Shown: in pieces, positions 28,247-37,965 of the stretch
How the letters are laid out: each line of letters begins with the position of its first letter
Numbering within the stretch: the stretch's first letter is position 1
Origin: an uncultured Leptolyngbyaceae cyanobacterium
GTDB taxonomy: Bacteria > Cyanobacteriota > Cyanobacteriia > Leptolyngbyales > Leptolyngbyaceae
DNA: 64,000 nucleotides
Direction of reading: 5' to 3'
NCBI GenBank assembly: GCA_938023035.1
Contig: CALIDI010000010.1
Coordinates: 13,612 to 77,611 of the forward strand
Position numbers and translations under genes: made by a program
Notes under the pieces: generated by a model
Databases searched by the model: none
What the model was told of the DNA's origin: nothing
What the model saw: the letters and a program-made list of their open reading frames with translations, nothing else

Positions 28247-30004
28247 GTGCTGTATTTAGCAGAAGTACAGAAGAAAAGTGGCGGCTTAATCGGTGGCAAC
28301 AAGGCAGAGTTAAAACTACTGGCCTGTCAACGCTCAGAACAAAGTTGGAGTGCCGTACCCGGAGATGAGGTGATTCCTTCAGAAGAGGCCAGCAAATACA
28401 ATGCCGGTGCCTTAGTTCTAGTGGATATTAGTGGCAGTAAGCAGGTGCAGCGCGTTCAGGAAGCGGGGCGGCAATTAGTCAGTATTCTCCAAAATTTTTC
28501 GCGCTTGCAAGAGCGCTTCAAAGCGCAGGAAGAGGAAATTGAACAATGGAAGCAATCCCTCACCTACCAGAGTCAGGAACTGAATCGGCGAGAAATGGAA
28601 ATGGAAGCTCGCCGCGAGCAGTTAGAGCAGATGGAGGATGACTTTGAAAAGCTAGAGCAGCAGCGTCAGGAGATTGATGCTTTGCGTGAGGAAGTGAACC
28701 GGCAACGCGATGAGTTAGAGCGTAAAAGCCAGGAGTTAGAGGGTGCCTGGAATCACCTCCGAGGTGAGATGAGCCGTCTAGAAGATCGACAGGCTGAAAT
28801 TCAACGGGCGGCCCATCTCGACAATGAGCAAGCGCAGGCTCTCTATGGATTGCTGGATAAAATCGCGACGACAGTTCCTCAGACTGAATCTTGGATTGAG
28901 CAAGTCAATACTGCTCTCGCTGCGATTTCTGAACATCAAAACCTATTAGGTCAGCACTGGCAAAACCTGGAACAGCAGCGTACAACTGCCCACCAACTTC
29001 AGACAGAAGTGGAGCGTCAAGGCCTAGAGATTCGAGTTCAGTGGCAAGACTGGGAAAAGGCCCAAGAATTGGTGGAGCAAGCTCGAATTGAACTGAATGC
29101 GCAGCAGAAGCTGTTGGCTTCAAAGCGAGAATACGCGCAGATGTTGGGTTTACAGTTACAAAGCCATGACGAGCTTAACCAGCAAATTTATCGATTAGCG
29201 GAGGGTACTGACAATATTACTATCAGCAGCCAACAAGTGGATCTGGTTGCCCTTGAAAAAATGCCACTGGATGAGCTGCAACGACTGGTGCAAGAACTGG
29301 AGCAAGAACTGGCCAAGCTCTCTCAATTTGTTGAAAGTCAGGAGGAGGAACTGCGCTCAAAACAGGGGGAAATTGATGCCCTACAGGCAAAAATTCAGGC
29401 GGCTAATGAGTTTGATCGACTGAATTTAGAGAATGAGTTGGCTGATGAACAGGATGGATACCAAATGCTCAATGAAACGCTCGTTGGGCAGCGACGGAGT
29501 CTAGGAGAGCGGCGGGGTCTTTTGAACCAACATCAGATGGTATTGCGGCGACGGTTAGGGCAGCCGACTGAAGCAGGGCAGGATGTGGGGATTGACTTAG
29601 GCCCCCTCTTAACTCAGATTGAGAACCAGCGCCATCAGCAAGCGGAGGAGTTGCAAAAACTGGAAAGTCAGATTGAACAGGTGCAGACGGCGATTCAACA
29701 GGCGGAAGCGTTGCTGAATACCCAGGGGCAGGTTCAGGAACACAAGCGTCAGGAGTTAAAGCAGTCGGAACAGGCTCTGGCGGAGCAACGGGCTGAACTC
29801 GCTGAGATCTGGGGCAAAGTTAATCTTTATCAAGAGTTATTGCAGCCATTCCAGGATAATATTGACGGGCTACGGCAGCGGTTAGAGAGCCTGGTGAATG
29901 GGCTGAGGCAAGGGCAAGGCTCGGGTGAGCAGGCTCAGGCGATCGCAGAGATGCGGCAAATTTTGGGACGTTTGAGTAATTCTCCTGAATTAGCCGCTTC
30001 CTAA
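28247..30004 (+). CDS. hmpF: HmpF-like coiled-coil motility protein (Synechocystis Slr1301 family)
   Basis: N-terminus (M)LYLAEVQKKSGGLIGGNKAELKLLACQRSEQSWSAV, then ~500 aa of heptad-like Q/E/L/R-rich sequence. It is divergent from the pilG-L cluster, as described for hmpF. GTG start. Confidence 0.8.
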   Translation: MLYLAEVQKKSGGLIGGNKAELKLLACQRSEQSWSAVPGDEVIPSEEASKYNAGALVLVDISGSKQVQRVQEAGRQLVSILQNFSRLQERFKAQEEEIEQWKQSLTYQSQELNRREMEMEARREQLEQMEDDFEKLEQQRQEIDALREEVNRQRDELERKSQELEGAWNHLRGEMSRLEDRQAEIQRAAHLDNEQAQALYGLLDKIATTVPQTESWIEQVNTALAAISEHQNLLGQHWQNLEQQRTTAHQLQTEVERQGLEIRVQWQDWEKAQELVEQARIELNAQQKLLASKREYAQMLGLQLQSHDELNQQIYRLAEGTDNITISSQQVDLVALEKMPLDELQRLVQELEQELAKLSQFVESQEEELRSKQGEIDALQAKIQAANEFDRLNLENELADEQDGYQMLNETLVGQRRSLGERRGLLNQHQMVLRRRLGQPTEAGQDVGIDLGPLLTQIENQRHQQAEELQKLESQIEQVQTAIQQAEALLNTQGQVQEHKRQELKQSEQALAEQRAELAEIWGKVNLYQELLQPFQDNIDGLRQRLESLVNGLRQGQGSGEQAQAIAEMRQILGRLSNSPELAAS

Positions 30005-30111
30005 TGTTTATATCCTTCTGCATTCTTCATTCTTCAAACCGATAGTGGAATGGTTGACTCTTTGAAGGCCCGCGTTTACCTTTACCCAGCCGGGTAATTG
30101 CAGGAATAACA

Positions 30112-30768
30112 GTGGGGGTTGTGATACCTTTTGCGGCGATCGCACAAACCCATAAGGCTCCTAGAGTGGTTCAGCCACCGAGCCTCAACCGAGACAGTGG
30201 CAATTCTGCACAGCCTGATATTGCAGGGGTCGGTGAGGGGTTGCTCCGGGCTAGAATCATCATCCTTAGTGGTGAAATTAGTCAGGAGATTGCCGAAACG
30301 GTCATTGCGCAGCTCATTTACCTGGAGCAGCAGGCCCCTGGCAAAGATATTTACCTCTATATCAATTCCCCGGGTGGCGAGATTTCTTCAGGGTTAGCGA
30401 TTTTTGACACGATGCGATCGCTGCAATCAGATGTGGTTACCATCAGTATCGGTTCTGCCAGTTCCATGGCCAGTATTTTGCTAGCAGGCGGCACCAAAGG
30501 CAAGCGGTATGCCTTACCCAATACTCGAATCATGAGCCATCAGCCCCTTGGTGGGGCTTTTGGGCGAGCCACCGATGTGGAGACTGAGGCCCGTGAGCTG
30601 CTGTACTATAAAAAGCGCTTCAATCAGATCTTGGCTGAACTCACTGGGCAACCCGAGCGAAAGATTGCCGCTGATAGTGAACGGGATTTTTATCTATCTG
30701 CCCAAGCGGCCAAAGCCTATGGCCTGATTGATCAGGTAATTAACCAATTGCCGGGTTTACTCCGCTGA
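30112..30768 (+). CDS. ClpP-family serine protease paralog with a non-canonical N-terminus
   Basis: The core aligns with ClpP: YINSPGGEISSGLAIFDTM, GSASSMASILLAGGTKGKRYALPN (Ser), IMSHQPLGG (His), ERDFYLSAQAAKAYGLIDQV (Asp). The N-terminal ~45 aa do not resemble the ClpP axial-loop region. The start is GTG and uncertain. Confidence 0.75.
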   Translation: MGVVIPFAAIAQTHKAPRVVQPPSLNRDSGNSAQPDIAGVGEGLLRARIIILSGEISQEIAETVIAQLIYLEQQAPGKDIYLYINSPGGEISSGLAIFDTMRSLQSDVVTISIGSASSMASILLAGGTKGKRYALPNTRIMSHQPLGGAFGRATDVETEARELLYYKKRFNQILAELTGQPERKIAADSERDFYLSAQAAKAYGLIDQVINQLPGLLR

Positions 30769-31653
30769 GCCAGCGTCAGGGTCAATGGCACCATCATCCG
30801 ATAGAGCATCATCCGATAGAGAAAGAGCAAGTTGATAAATTTGGCGGCGGGGCAGCATTGTTTGCTGGGCTAATTGACGACTGGCCTCTGAGCGCGAAAG
30901 CCCACTCTGAAGTAATTGTTGCAATTCAGCCTTGAGCCTTGCTTCAGAAATTACTGCTGGGTTTAGGGTTGCTCCAGCGATAACCAGGGTATATTCGCCC
31001 TGGGGAGACTTGGTCTGATAGTGGGCGATCGCGGCTGCAATCGTGCCGCGCCAAATTTCCTCATGGAGTTTGGTCAGTTCTCGGGCTAGAACCATGCATC
31101 GATCCGTTCCCAACACCTGTAAATCGCTCAAGGTCTGCTGCAATCGGTGGGGGGCTTCGTAAAAAATCAGCGTTCGGGTTTCACTCTTTAGTTGTTCTAA
31201 ACGAGCCTGTCGCAGCTTGGGTTTCGTTGGTAAAAACCCCTCAAATACAAAGCGATCGCTGGGTAAGCCCGATACTGTCAGGGCTGTAATCGCAGCGCTA
31301 CTACCAGGAATCGGCACAACTGGCCGATTAGCCTCTGCGCAAGCTTTGACCAACTCATAACCAGGATCAGAGATGCCAGGCATACCCGCATCAGAAACTA
31401 GGGCGATCGCCTTACCCTGGGCCAATAGCGCTAGCAATTCTGGAATGCGCGATTGGCGGTTATGGTCATGGTAACTAATTTGGGGCGTATGGATTTGAAA
31501 GTGATGTAACAACTTGCCCGTGTGACGGGTATCTTCTGCCGCAATGAGATCAACCTGCTGCAAAACCTTGACGGCCCGAAAGGTCATATCCTCCAAGTTA
31601 CCGATGGGGGTACCAACCAGATAGAGGGTGCCAGGTTTAGGTTCTGTAGGCAT
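30757..31653 (-). CDS. rsmI: 16S rRNA (cytidine1402-2'-O)-methyltransferase RsmI
   Basis: LYLVGTPIGNLEDMTFRAVKVLQQVDLIAAEDTRHTGKLL is the tetrapyrrole-methylase-fold RsmI signature. The 3' end overlaps the convergent ClpP-like gene by 12 nt. Confidence 0.85.
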   Translation of the reverse strand: MPTEPKPGTLYLVGTPIGNLEDMTFRAVKVLQQVDLIAAEDTRHTGKLLHHFQIHTPQISYHDHNRQSRIPELLALLAQGKAIALVSDAGMPGISDPGYELVKACAEANRPVVPIPGSSAAITALTVSGLPSDRFVFEGFLPTKPKLRQARLEQLKSETRTLIFYEAPHRLQQTLSDLQVLGTDRCMVLARELTKLHEEIWRGTIAAAIAHYQTKSPQGEYTLVIAGATLNPAVISEARLKAELQQLLQSGLSRSEASRQLAQQTMLPRRQIYQLALSLSDDALSDDGAIDPDAGSAE

Positions 31654-31767
31654 AGGTCAATCAACGAACAAGGTAGTGCTTCGTCCAATGGTATCGGTAG
31701 CTCTATCAGGCTCAGCTTTAAATCCAGCTTTTTCCTCTAGCAATAGTCCGGACACTTTTGCGCCGAA

Positions 31768-31940
31768 CCACCCTCATCCCCCTTGCTCCAATCTCGTCAG
31801 TTCTGGCCCTCACCCTAAATCGGCCTACGAAAAAAGCAACAGCATAAATTGGAACTCGAATGCCTGCCAGTTCTAGCCCTCACCCTAAATCCTGCTCCCA
31901 AACAGGAAGAGGGGCTTCAGTTTGGCAAGGGTTAGAGCTG
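31768..31940. repeat. Dispersed short repeat, family 1-related, composite copy C with an internal partial duplication
   Basis: GCCCTCACCCTAAATCCTGCTCCCAAACAGGAAGAGGGGCTTCAG resembles GCCCTCAACCTAAAGCCTTCTCCCAATTGGGGAGGGGGCCTTTGAG at 40085. CAGTTCT(G/A)GCCCTCACCCTAAATC occurs twice, at 31798 and 31868. ACCCTCATCCC is shared with copy A. Confidence 0.5.
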
Positions 31941-32305
31941 GCCCTGTGGCAAGGGTTTTCAACATTTTCACAAAAACTGTTCGAAGTATTCCTCCAGGTA
32001 AAGCACTTACCTCAACCAGGACAGGATTGCAGCCGCCAGTATTTTAAGCGGCTCTCAGCCATATCGCGGCCATGCTCTGGAAGCAGCGTGCAGCAGGGTT
32101 ACATCCGCAGACAAGGGGTTCTGTTCTTTGTTCTCCCATTGTAACTCCCTCGGTCTAGTCCGCAGGAATAGCACCAATGGGAGGCGATCGCGGGGCGTTG
32201 GCTGCGCCCAACAAATCCCTCAGATGCCAGTAAAACCGGCACTCCAGGGAAATTTTGGGTACTTCCAATGGCCATCTATCACTATCACCAAGTTGCTGAG
32301 TTCAT

Positions 32306-32336
32306 TAGGGGGTTTCCCCAGCTAGGGGGTTTCCCC
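32306..32336. repeat. Tandem direct repeat of the 14-mer TAGGGGGTTTCCCC (2 copies, 17-nt period); each copy contains a GGGG-TTT-CCCC palindrome
   Basis: Read directly: TAGGGGGTTTCCCC AGC TAGGGGGTTTCCCC at 32306-32319 and 32323-32336. Confidence 0.8.
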
Positions 32337-32649
32337 TTGAACCCTGTTCTCAATCAGGTGGCTATGGCAAAACTGGACAAGCACTGAAATAAAACTTGAA
32401 TCAATTTTGTAGTTGCGATCAGAGTTATCCCAAGCTCTGGTTAGAATCCAGAGTTTTCTATAGGCAAAATTTCATTCCTGGATTGAGAAAGGGTTATTTA
32501 ATAGCCAAGTGAGTAAATAGAGATAAATTTGTATGCATTCTGAAAATGAGGTAATAGAATAATCACAACCATTTTCTACAAAAGTCGGACTTCAGTAATG
32601 GACGACTTAAAATAAATTTGATTCATTAGCCCTGATTTGGTGACTTAAC

Positions 32650-33153
32650 ATGGCAGAAGCGACAAGTAAGCGAACAAAGGCTGCTGTTGTCAAAAAGGCA
32701 ACCATTAACCATGTTGCTGGTTTTTTAGAAGATTTACCAGACAAGCCTAAGCGCGAGTTGTCTCTGAAAGAAGCCATGAAAGAATTGCAAGATGTCATTC
32801 GGGCGGCCTTGATGAAGGGCTATTCCTATGCGGATTTATCAGAGTTGCTGTTGAAACAGGGAATCAAGATTAGTGCCTTTACGCTGAAAAGCTATGTGCC
32901 TGCTGGCAGACGACAAATTACTCGGGCAAAACCACGGCGTTCAAAAAAAGTGAGCGCACCTGAAACCACTACAGACGCGATCGAAACAGCCAAGTCTGCA
33001 ACTAGAGCAAGTTCTACCAGCAAACCGAGCACTCAAACAGCCGCTCAACAAGCAACCACACAATCCTCTCGAACCACCACTTCAAAAGCAACAGGGGCTA
33101 GAAAAGTAGCAACATCGAGACGCCCAGGTGGTAGACGCAAAAAGGCTGAGTAG
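32650..33153 (+). CDS. Small basic protein with a possible resolvase-type HTH and an S/T/K/R-rich tail
   Basis: 167-aa ORF with an ATG start after an AT-rich leader. The segment KGYSYADLSELLLKQGIKISAFTLKSYVPAG resembles the C-terminal HTH of Hin/resolvase-type proteins (KG....L......G+S.STLY.Y.PA). The tail is low-complexity and basic. Confidence 0.5.
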   Translation: MAEATSKRTKAAVVKKATINHVAGFLEDLPDKPKRELSLKEAMKELQDVIRAALMKGYSYADLSELLLKQGIKISAFTLKSYVPAGRRQITRAKPRRSKKVSAPETTTDAIETAKSATRASSTSKPSTQTAAQQATTQSSRTTTSKATGARKVATSRRPGGRRKKAE

Positions 33154-33747
33154 ATTCACTAGTTGGTTTGAATCTATAGGTTTGCCTGTGCCGATAGGCT
33201 TTGCATCTGGAGTGCCCTGCGTTCAATTGGTTGACTGTCAAGATCGGTATCAACAAAAATTGCTTGGTAATTCATCGCTCTGTCAAAAATCTTAGGGTGA
33301 GGCTCTCAGGTGTAGAGATCCCTTCAACGCTAAAACACTAGCGACTCATCCTAGTTTTTGATATTTATGCGGCAGTCGTACCCCGGCAAGCCTATTGGCA
33401 ACATTCTTAAACTAAGAAAGACCTGGAGAAACTTCGTGGAAAGGCTAGCAAGGGCTGTATCCTAACTTGGGTTAGAACGTTTAGATCTAACCTAGGTGCC
33501 CAATGGCTGGGCTAGGTTGGATCTTTGACTTGCTACCGCCATGAAAAACGTGGCAAACGCGATGAGGTCTAGAAATTGCGGTCGTCCTGTATCTTAAAAG
33601 ATGAAGGATCATTAGGTGTTGCTAGCAGCTTTTCAGCAAGCATTCACCCGTCATTCGCCCGTTCGAGATTATTTTTCTCTGTCATTTGATCTGTTATTTG
33701 ACATAAGGGCACTACCGAAATCGCATTGATTAGGGTGGAGTAAGCAT

Positions 33748-34725
33748 TTGATTATTGTATGGATTGGTGTGATTCTGGCGGGAGTGGCTGCCATTGTCTG
33801 GGGGGCAGAAACTTTTGCTAAGCATCTTGGCAGCGCCGCTGTACGGTTACGGGTCAGCAGTTTTGCCCTGGCATTGCTGTTGGCAGGTGCAGAACCGGAA
33901 GAGTTAGCGACTACGATCGCGGCAACTGTGAGAGGTGCCCCAGCGATCGCCTTTGGAGATGTGATTGGAGCCAATATCGCCATTTGTTTGGTGGCCTTAG
34001 GAGTAGGGGCGATCGTCGCCCCATTGCCCTTTGGTCAACGGGTCATGCGCTATGCGCTGTTTGGTTTGCCCGTAGGAGTTGCAGCAGTGGGCTTCCTTTG
34101 GGATGGCCTGGTGACTCGCCTGGAAGGAGCAATTCTCCTGGGGCTGTACATTCTCTATATTGGGGTCATCTGGGTCATCGAACGGCAGCCGCCAGCGATG
34201 GGAGAAACAGGCGTTTTGGAAGAATCAGCGGAAGAACTGGCCCAGGAAGTTGGGGAAAAGTCGCCCGGACGAGTGGGAAAAGAGCTGTTACTAGTGGCTG
34301 TGGGGTTAGTCGCGATGACGATCGGCTCTGTTCTGTTAGTAGAAGCCGTGCGTCAGATTACACAGGTGGAGGCAACTCAGACCCGGCTAGCATTAACGGT
34401 TGTGGGGTTTGCCACAGCGTTTGAATTAATCATCCTATGCTGGTCTGCGGCGCGGCGCGGTGCGACTGAGGTGGTCATTGCTGGAGTCGTCGGGTCTTTT
34501 GCCTATAATGTCACCATGACCCTGGGAGCAGCGGCGGTGATTCATCCCTTGTCAGTTGTGGATGCAACCTTGCTGCACCGACCGGCGATCGCCATGCTAG
34601 CGGCTTTGCTGCTAGCGATTCTACTCGCTGCACCTAGAAAACGTATTGGCCAATTAGCCGGATGGCTTTTGGTAGCAGCCTATCCTATGTTTTTGATCAC
34701 CCTTTTTCTAACGACCTTACCTTAA
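33748..34725 (+). CDS. Ca2+/cation antiporter (CaCA / YrbG-like Na+/Ca2+ exchanger family)
   Basis: Polytopic membrane protein with two alpha-repeat-like motifs (LLLAGAEPEELATTI... and GFATAFELIIL) flanking a charged central loop. TTG start. Confidence 0.7.
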   Translation: MIIVWIGVILAGVAAIVWGAETFAKHLGSAAVRLRVSSFALALLLAGAEPEELATTIAATVRGAPAIAFGDVIGANIAICLVALGVGAIVAPLPFGQRVMRYALFGLPVGVAAVGFLWDGLVTRLEGAILLGLYILYIGVIWVIERQPPAMGETGVLEESAEELAQEVGEKSPGRVGKELLLVAVGLVAMTIGSVLLVEAVRQITQVEATQTRLALTVVGFATAFELIILCWSAARRGATEVVIAGVVGSFAYNVTMTLGAAAVIHPLSVVDATLLHRPAIAMLAALLLAILLAAPRKRIGQLAGWLLVAAYPMFLITLFLTTLP

Positions 34726-34886
34726 TTCTTCTGCCATTTTTCCAGAGCCGTCTAAAGCCTGATCCGGCCAATTGTCGGGGCAGGGAAGGCCCATTCAGCC
34801 GTCAATAGAGATGCCTCAACTGATACCATCAGCGAAATCAAAGTGGCTTGCTTGAAGGCATTTGCCAGATCCGTCAGAATGAGGGC

Positions 34887-35873
34887 ATGAATACTGTAGA
34901 TTATCTACGCATTAGCCTGCTCGATCGTTGTAACTTTCGCTGCACCTACTGTGTACCTGAAGGTACCACTCTACCCTACGTTTTGCCCACTCATCTCTTG
35001 ACGGCGGCAGAGTTATTGTTGCTGCTTGACGAGGTTTTTGCCCCGCTGGGGTTAACGTGCTTTCGACTAACGGGGGGAGAGCCATTGCTCAGGCCGGATG
35101 TCGTCGAGATCGTTCGAGCGATCGCCCAACGGCCTTACACCCGCGACTTAGCCATGACGACTAATGGTTTTTTCCTAGCTGAAAAGGCCAAAGCCCTTTA
35201 TGAGGCGGGGCTGCGTCGCATCAATATTAGCCTAGATTCACTCCAGCCAGAGGTTTTTGATCAAATTATTGGAAATCGCGGGCGATCTCGCTGGCAACAG
35301 GTCTGGCAGGGGATTCAAGTTGCCCATCAGCTTGGGTTTGACCCGCTCAAAATCAATGTCGTGATAATTCCCGGTGTTAACGACACAGAGGTTTTGGATC
35401 TGGCGGCGCTCACCCTGGAACAAAACTGGCATGTGCGCTTTATCGAATTTATGCCGATTGGTAATCAGGATTTGTTTGTCGACCGAGGCTGGGTGAGTTC
35501 TGAAAGTTTACGCCAGCAGATTCGCGATCGCTGGGGTCTGGTAGACAGCACAGTTCAGGGCAATGGCCCTGCCGATGTGTTTCAAATTCCTGGAGCAAAA
35601 GGTACCCTTGGTTTTATTAGCCAGATGTCAGAATGTTTTTGCGATCGCTGCAACCGGGTACGGCTCTCTGCGGATGGTTGGCTGCGGCCTTGCCTGCTCA
35701 ACGAAACAGGGCAAATTGACCTGAAAATGGCCCTCCGCGAAGGAGTTCCCCTAACCGATTTACGGCATCAGGTACAGACCTTGCTGCACATGAAACCAGA
35801 AATAAACTTCAAAGCCCGCGCATCAGGAACATCTGGATCTTACAGCCGTACCATGTCCCAGATTGGCGGTTAG
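34887..35873 (+). CDS. moaA: GTP 3',8-cyclase (molybdenum cofactor biosynthesis protein A)
   Basis: [21 protein letters not shown] (radical-SAM CxxxCxxC), LTGGEPLLR, and the C-terminal CxxCxRxRLSADG second-cluster motif. ATG at 34887. Confidence 0.9.
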   Translation: MNTVDYLRISLLDRCNFRCTYCVPEGTTLPYVLPTHLLTAAELLLLLDEVFAPLGLTCFRLTGGEPLLRPDVVEIVRAIAQRPYTRDLAMTTNGFFLAEKAKALYEAGLRRINISLDSLQPEVFDQIIGNRGRSRWQQVWQGIQVAHQLGFDPLKINVVIIPGVNDTEVLDLAALTLEQNWHVRFIEFMPIGNQDLFVDRGWVSSESLRQQIRDRWGLVDSTVQGNGPADVFQIPGAKGTLGFISQMSECFCDRCNRVRLSADGWLRPCLLNETGQIDLKMALREGVPLTDLRHQVQTLLHMKPEINFKARASGTSGSYSRTMSQIGG

Positions 35874-36113
35874 CCAGTCGCGCAATAGCTCAGCGTTCTC
35901 TGTGCCTCTGGGCTAAACTTCCACAAGCTTTCAGTGGATTTAATCCACAAGCTTCAACGCTTTTTTCTCCTCTTTCCCCTGATTTGAGCAGGAGCCGTTC
36001 TTTAGCAGGATAATAGGCTCAGGCGTTGGCTCAGGTTAACTGAGTTATTCCCTTGCAAAAGTTGGGCGATACCAGCGGATGCAGGCTGTGAATTCATCGG
36101 TTGAGATTTGGTT

Positions 36114-37436
36114 ATGACCTCTACCCCCAAAATTATTGTTCTTGATGACGATCCCACCGGATCGCAAACAGTGCATAGCTGTTTGCTATTGACCCAATGG
36201 GATGTGGAAACGCTCAGGATTGGTCTGACCGACTCCTCGCCAATTTTTTTTATTCTGACCAATACCCGAGCCTTAACCCCAGAGAGGGCGGCAGCCGTGA
36301 CCCGCGCCGTTTGTCATAACTTAAAGCAGGCGATCGCCCTAGAAGGCATCCACGATTTTCTGGTGGTGAGTCGCTCGGACTCGACACTGCGGGGCCACTA
36401 TCCGATTGAAACCGATGCGATCGCCGATATTCTTGGCCCCTTTGACGCCCATTTTCTCGTACCCGCCTTTTTTGAAGGGGGGCGCACCACTCGCAATAGC
36501 ATTCACTACCTCAACATCAACGGGGTCGATACCCCCGTCCATGAAACCGAGTTTGCCCGCGACTCCGTCTTTGCTTACCACCACAGCTATCTACCCGACT
36601 ATGTAGCCGAAAAAACAGCAGACCGCATTGCAGCTCAGGAAGTACAGCGCTTTTTGCTAACCGATTTGCGGACCGGAGTCCTAGAGCGGTTGCTGAACCT
36701 GCATAACAACCAATGCTGCGTAGTAGATGGCGAAACACAAGCCGACCTCGACCAATTTGCCAAAGAAATTCTCGCAGCGGCAGCCCAGGGAAAACGCTTT
36801 TTATTTCGGAGTGCCGCCAGTATTCTAACAGCCCTGGCAGCCCTACCGCCCCAGCCCATCGCCCCCGAAAAAATGGCCGCCTATGTGCGGGATGGCAAGC
36901 CTGGGGCAGTAATTGTTGGCTCCCATGTGCAAAAAACCACCGAGCAATTGACCCAGTTACTCCAAGCCCCAGGGGTAGAGGGAGTGGAAGTCGAAGTAGC
37001 CCTGTTACTAGAACCCGAAGATAGCAACTTCGATTTGTTAACTAACGTGGTGAATCAGGTTGCACACATTCACCAAGCGGGTAAAACCCCTGTCATTTAC
37101 ACCAGCCGAGAAGAGTTAACTTTTGCCGATGTTCAAACCCGGCTTGACTTTGGGGAAGCCGTTTCCACCCTACTCATGGATATTCTCCGTCACCTGCCTA
37201 GGGATATTGGGTTCCTCATTAGCAAAGGGGGGATAACCTCCAATGACACCCTCAGTAAGGGTCTGGCACTGCCCACTGTGCGTTTGTTAGGGCAGGTGAT
37301 TCCCGGCGTTTCAATGGTGCGTACTGAGTCTAATCACCCCCAGTTCCCAAACTTACCGGTTGTGCTGTTTCCCGGCAATGTGGGCGGAGCCAATGCCCTA
37401 CGAACCGTTTATGAACGCCTAAGCCAGTTGGCCTAA
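36114..37436 (+). CDS. Four-carbon acid sugar kinase family protein (DUF1537 / YgbK-like)
   Basis: The N-terminus IIVLDDDPTGSQTVH is characteristic of this family. Length is ~440 aa. ATG at 36114. Confidence 0.7.
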   Translation: MTSTPKIIVLDDDPTGSQTVHSCLLLTQWDVETLRIGLTDSSPIFFILTNTRALTPERAAAVTRAVCHNLKQAIALEGIHDFLVVSRSDSTLRGHYPIETDAIADILGPFDAHFLVPAFFEGGRTTRNSIHYLNINGVDTPVHETEFARDSVFAYHHSYLPDYVAEKTADRIAAQEVQRFLLTDLRTGVLERLLNLHNNQCCVVDGETQADLDQFAKEILAAAAQGKRFLFRSAASILTALAALPPQPIAPEKMAAYVRDGKPGAVIVGSHVQKTTEQLTQLLQAPGVEGVEVEVALLLEPEDSNFDLLTNVVNQVAHIHQAGKTPVIYTSREELTFADVQTRLDFGEAVSTLLMDILRHLPRDIGFLISKGGITSNDTLSKGLALPTVRLLGQVIPGVSMVRTESNHPQFPNLPVVLFPGNVGGANALRTVYERLSQLA

Positions 37437-37807
37437 TGGGTTCCAACCGGTCACAACCCATGGGGATAAGGTATAACTAGGGGCCTGTCTCTCATGGCGA
37501 GGACGATTAAACCATAACCGCTGATACTCATGGCACGTATCAGAAGCATGCCTTAGAATCGACCTCAAAATCAAAGTACTGTAAAGGATTGATCCGGTAT
37601 ATGGTTTTTGTCCACTGCCTGCAGGAGAAAACTCACCCTCGGGATTACCAGCAGAATTGCTTGATCCTAGAGAGCCATCGAGAAAGGCAGCAGCATCCTA
37701 GAAGGGCGGTGCGATCGCAGACCATTCTCCTAAAAAGCGAATAATCATGCACTTTTTCGGTCAGACTAGGAATACAGGCAGAATACAGGCACTGGAGAAA
37801 CTGACCC

Positions 37808-37927
37808 ATGAATGAACTTTCAGCAAAAGCCTCCGGCAGTTGGCAGGACTGGCTCATGGTGGTTGGTTATGTCAGCTTCATGCTGTTCATTGTCTGGCGG
37901 GTGATTTTATCAGGGAATCAGGAATAA
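37808..37927 (+). CDS. Possible 39-aa single-TM small protein
   Basis: My own reading gives MNELSAKASGSWQDWLMVVGYVSFMLFIVWRVILSGNQE, with one hydrophobic helix, in an otherwise empty 530-nt gap. No RBS or family evidence. Confidence 0.25.
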   Translation: MNELSAKASGSWQDWLMVVGYVSFMLFIVWRVILSGNQE

Positions 37928-37965
37928 GCCAGGTTCAATTTCCCAATTTCCTTAAGAGGCTCTGT

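Noticed and set aside
1-31653. rsmH and rsmI, which both modify 16S rRNA C1402, occur in the same window
   Set aside because: They are about 30 kb apart, on independent transcription units with unrelated genes between them. This is most likely coincidence rather than a functional cluster.
32306-32336. Checked whether the repeated 14-mer could be the start of a CRISPR array
   Set aside because: There are only two copies, separated by 3 nt, with no spacers and no cas genes anywhere in the window.
33984-34424. 146-aa ORF in an alternative frame inside the CaCA exchanger gene; similar alternative-frame ORFs lie in the GT2 gene (58795-59382) and the PacL, psbB and pepA genes
   Set aside because: Each is fully nested within a gene that has strong family motifs. 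They are Arg/Gly/Ser-rich frame-shadow products typical of GC-moderate DNA.
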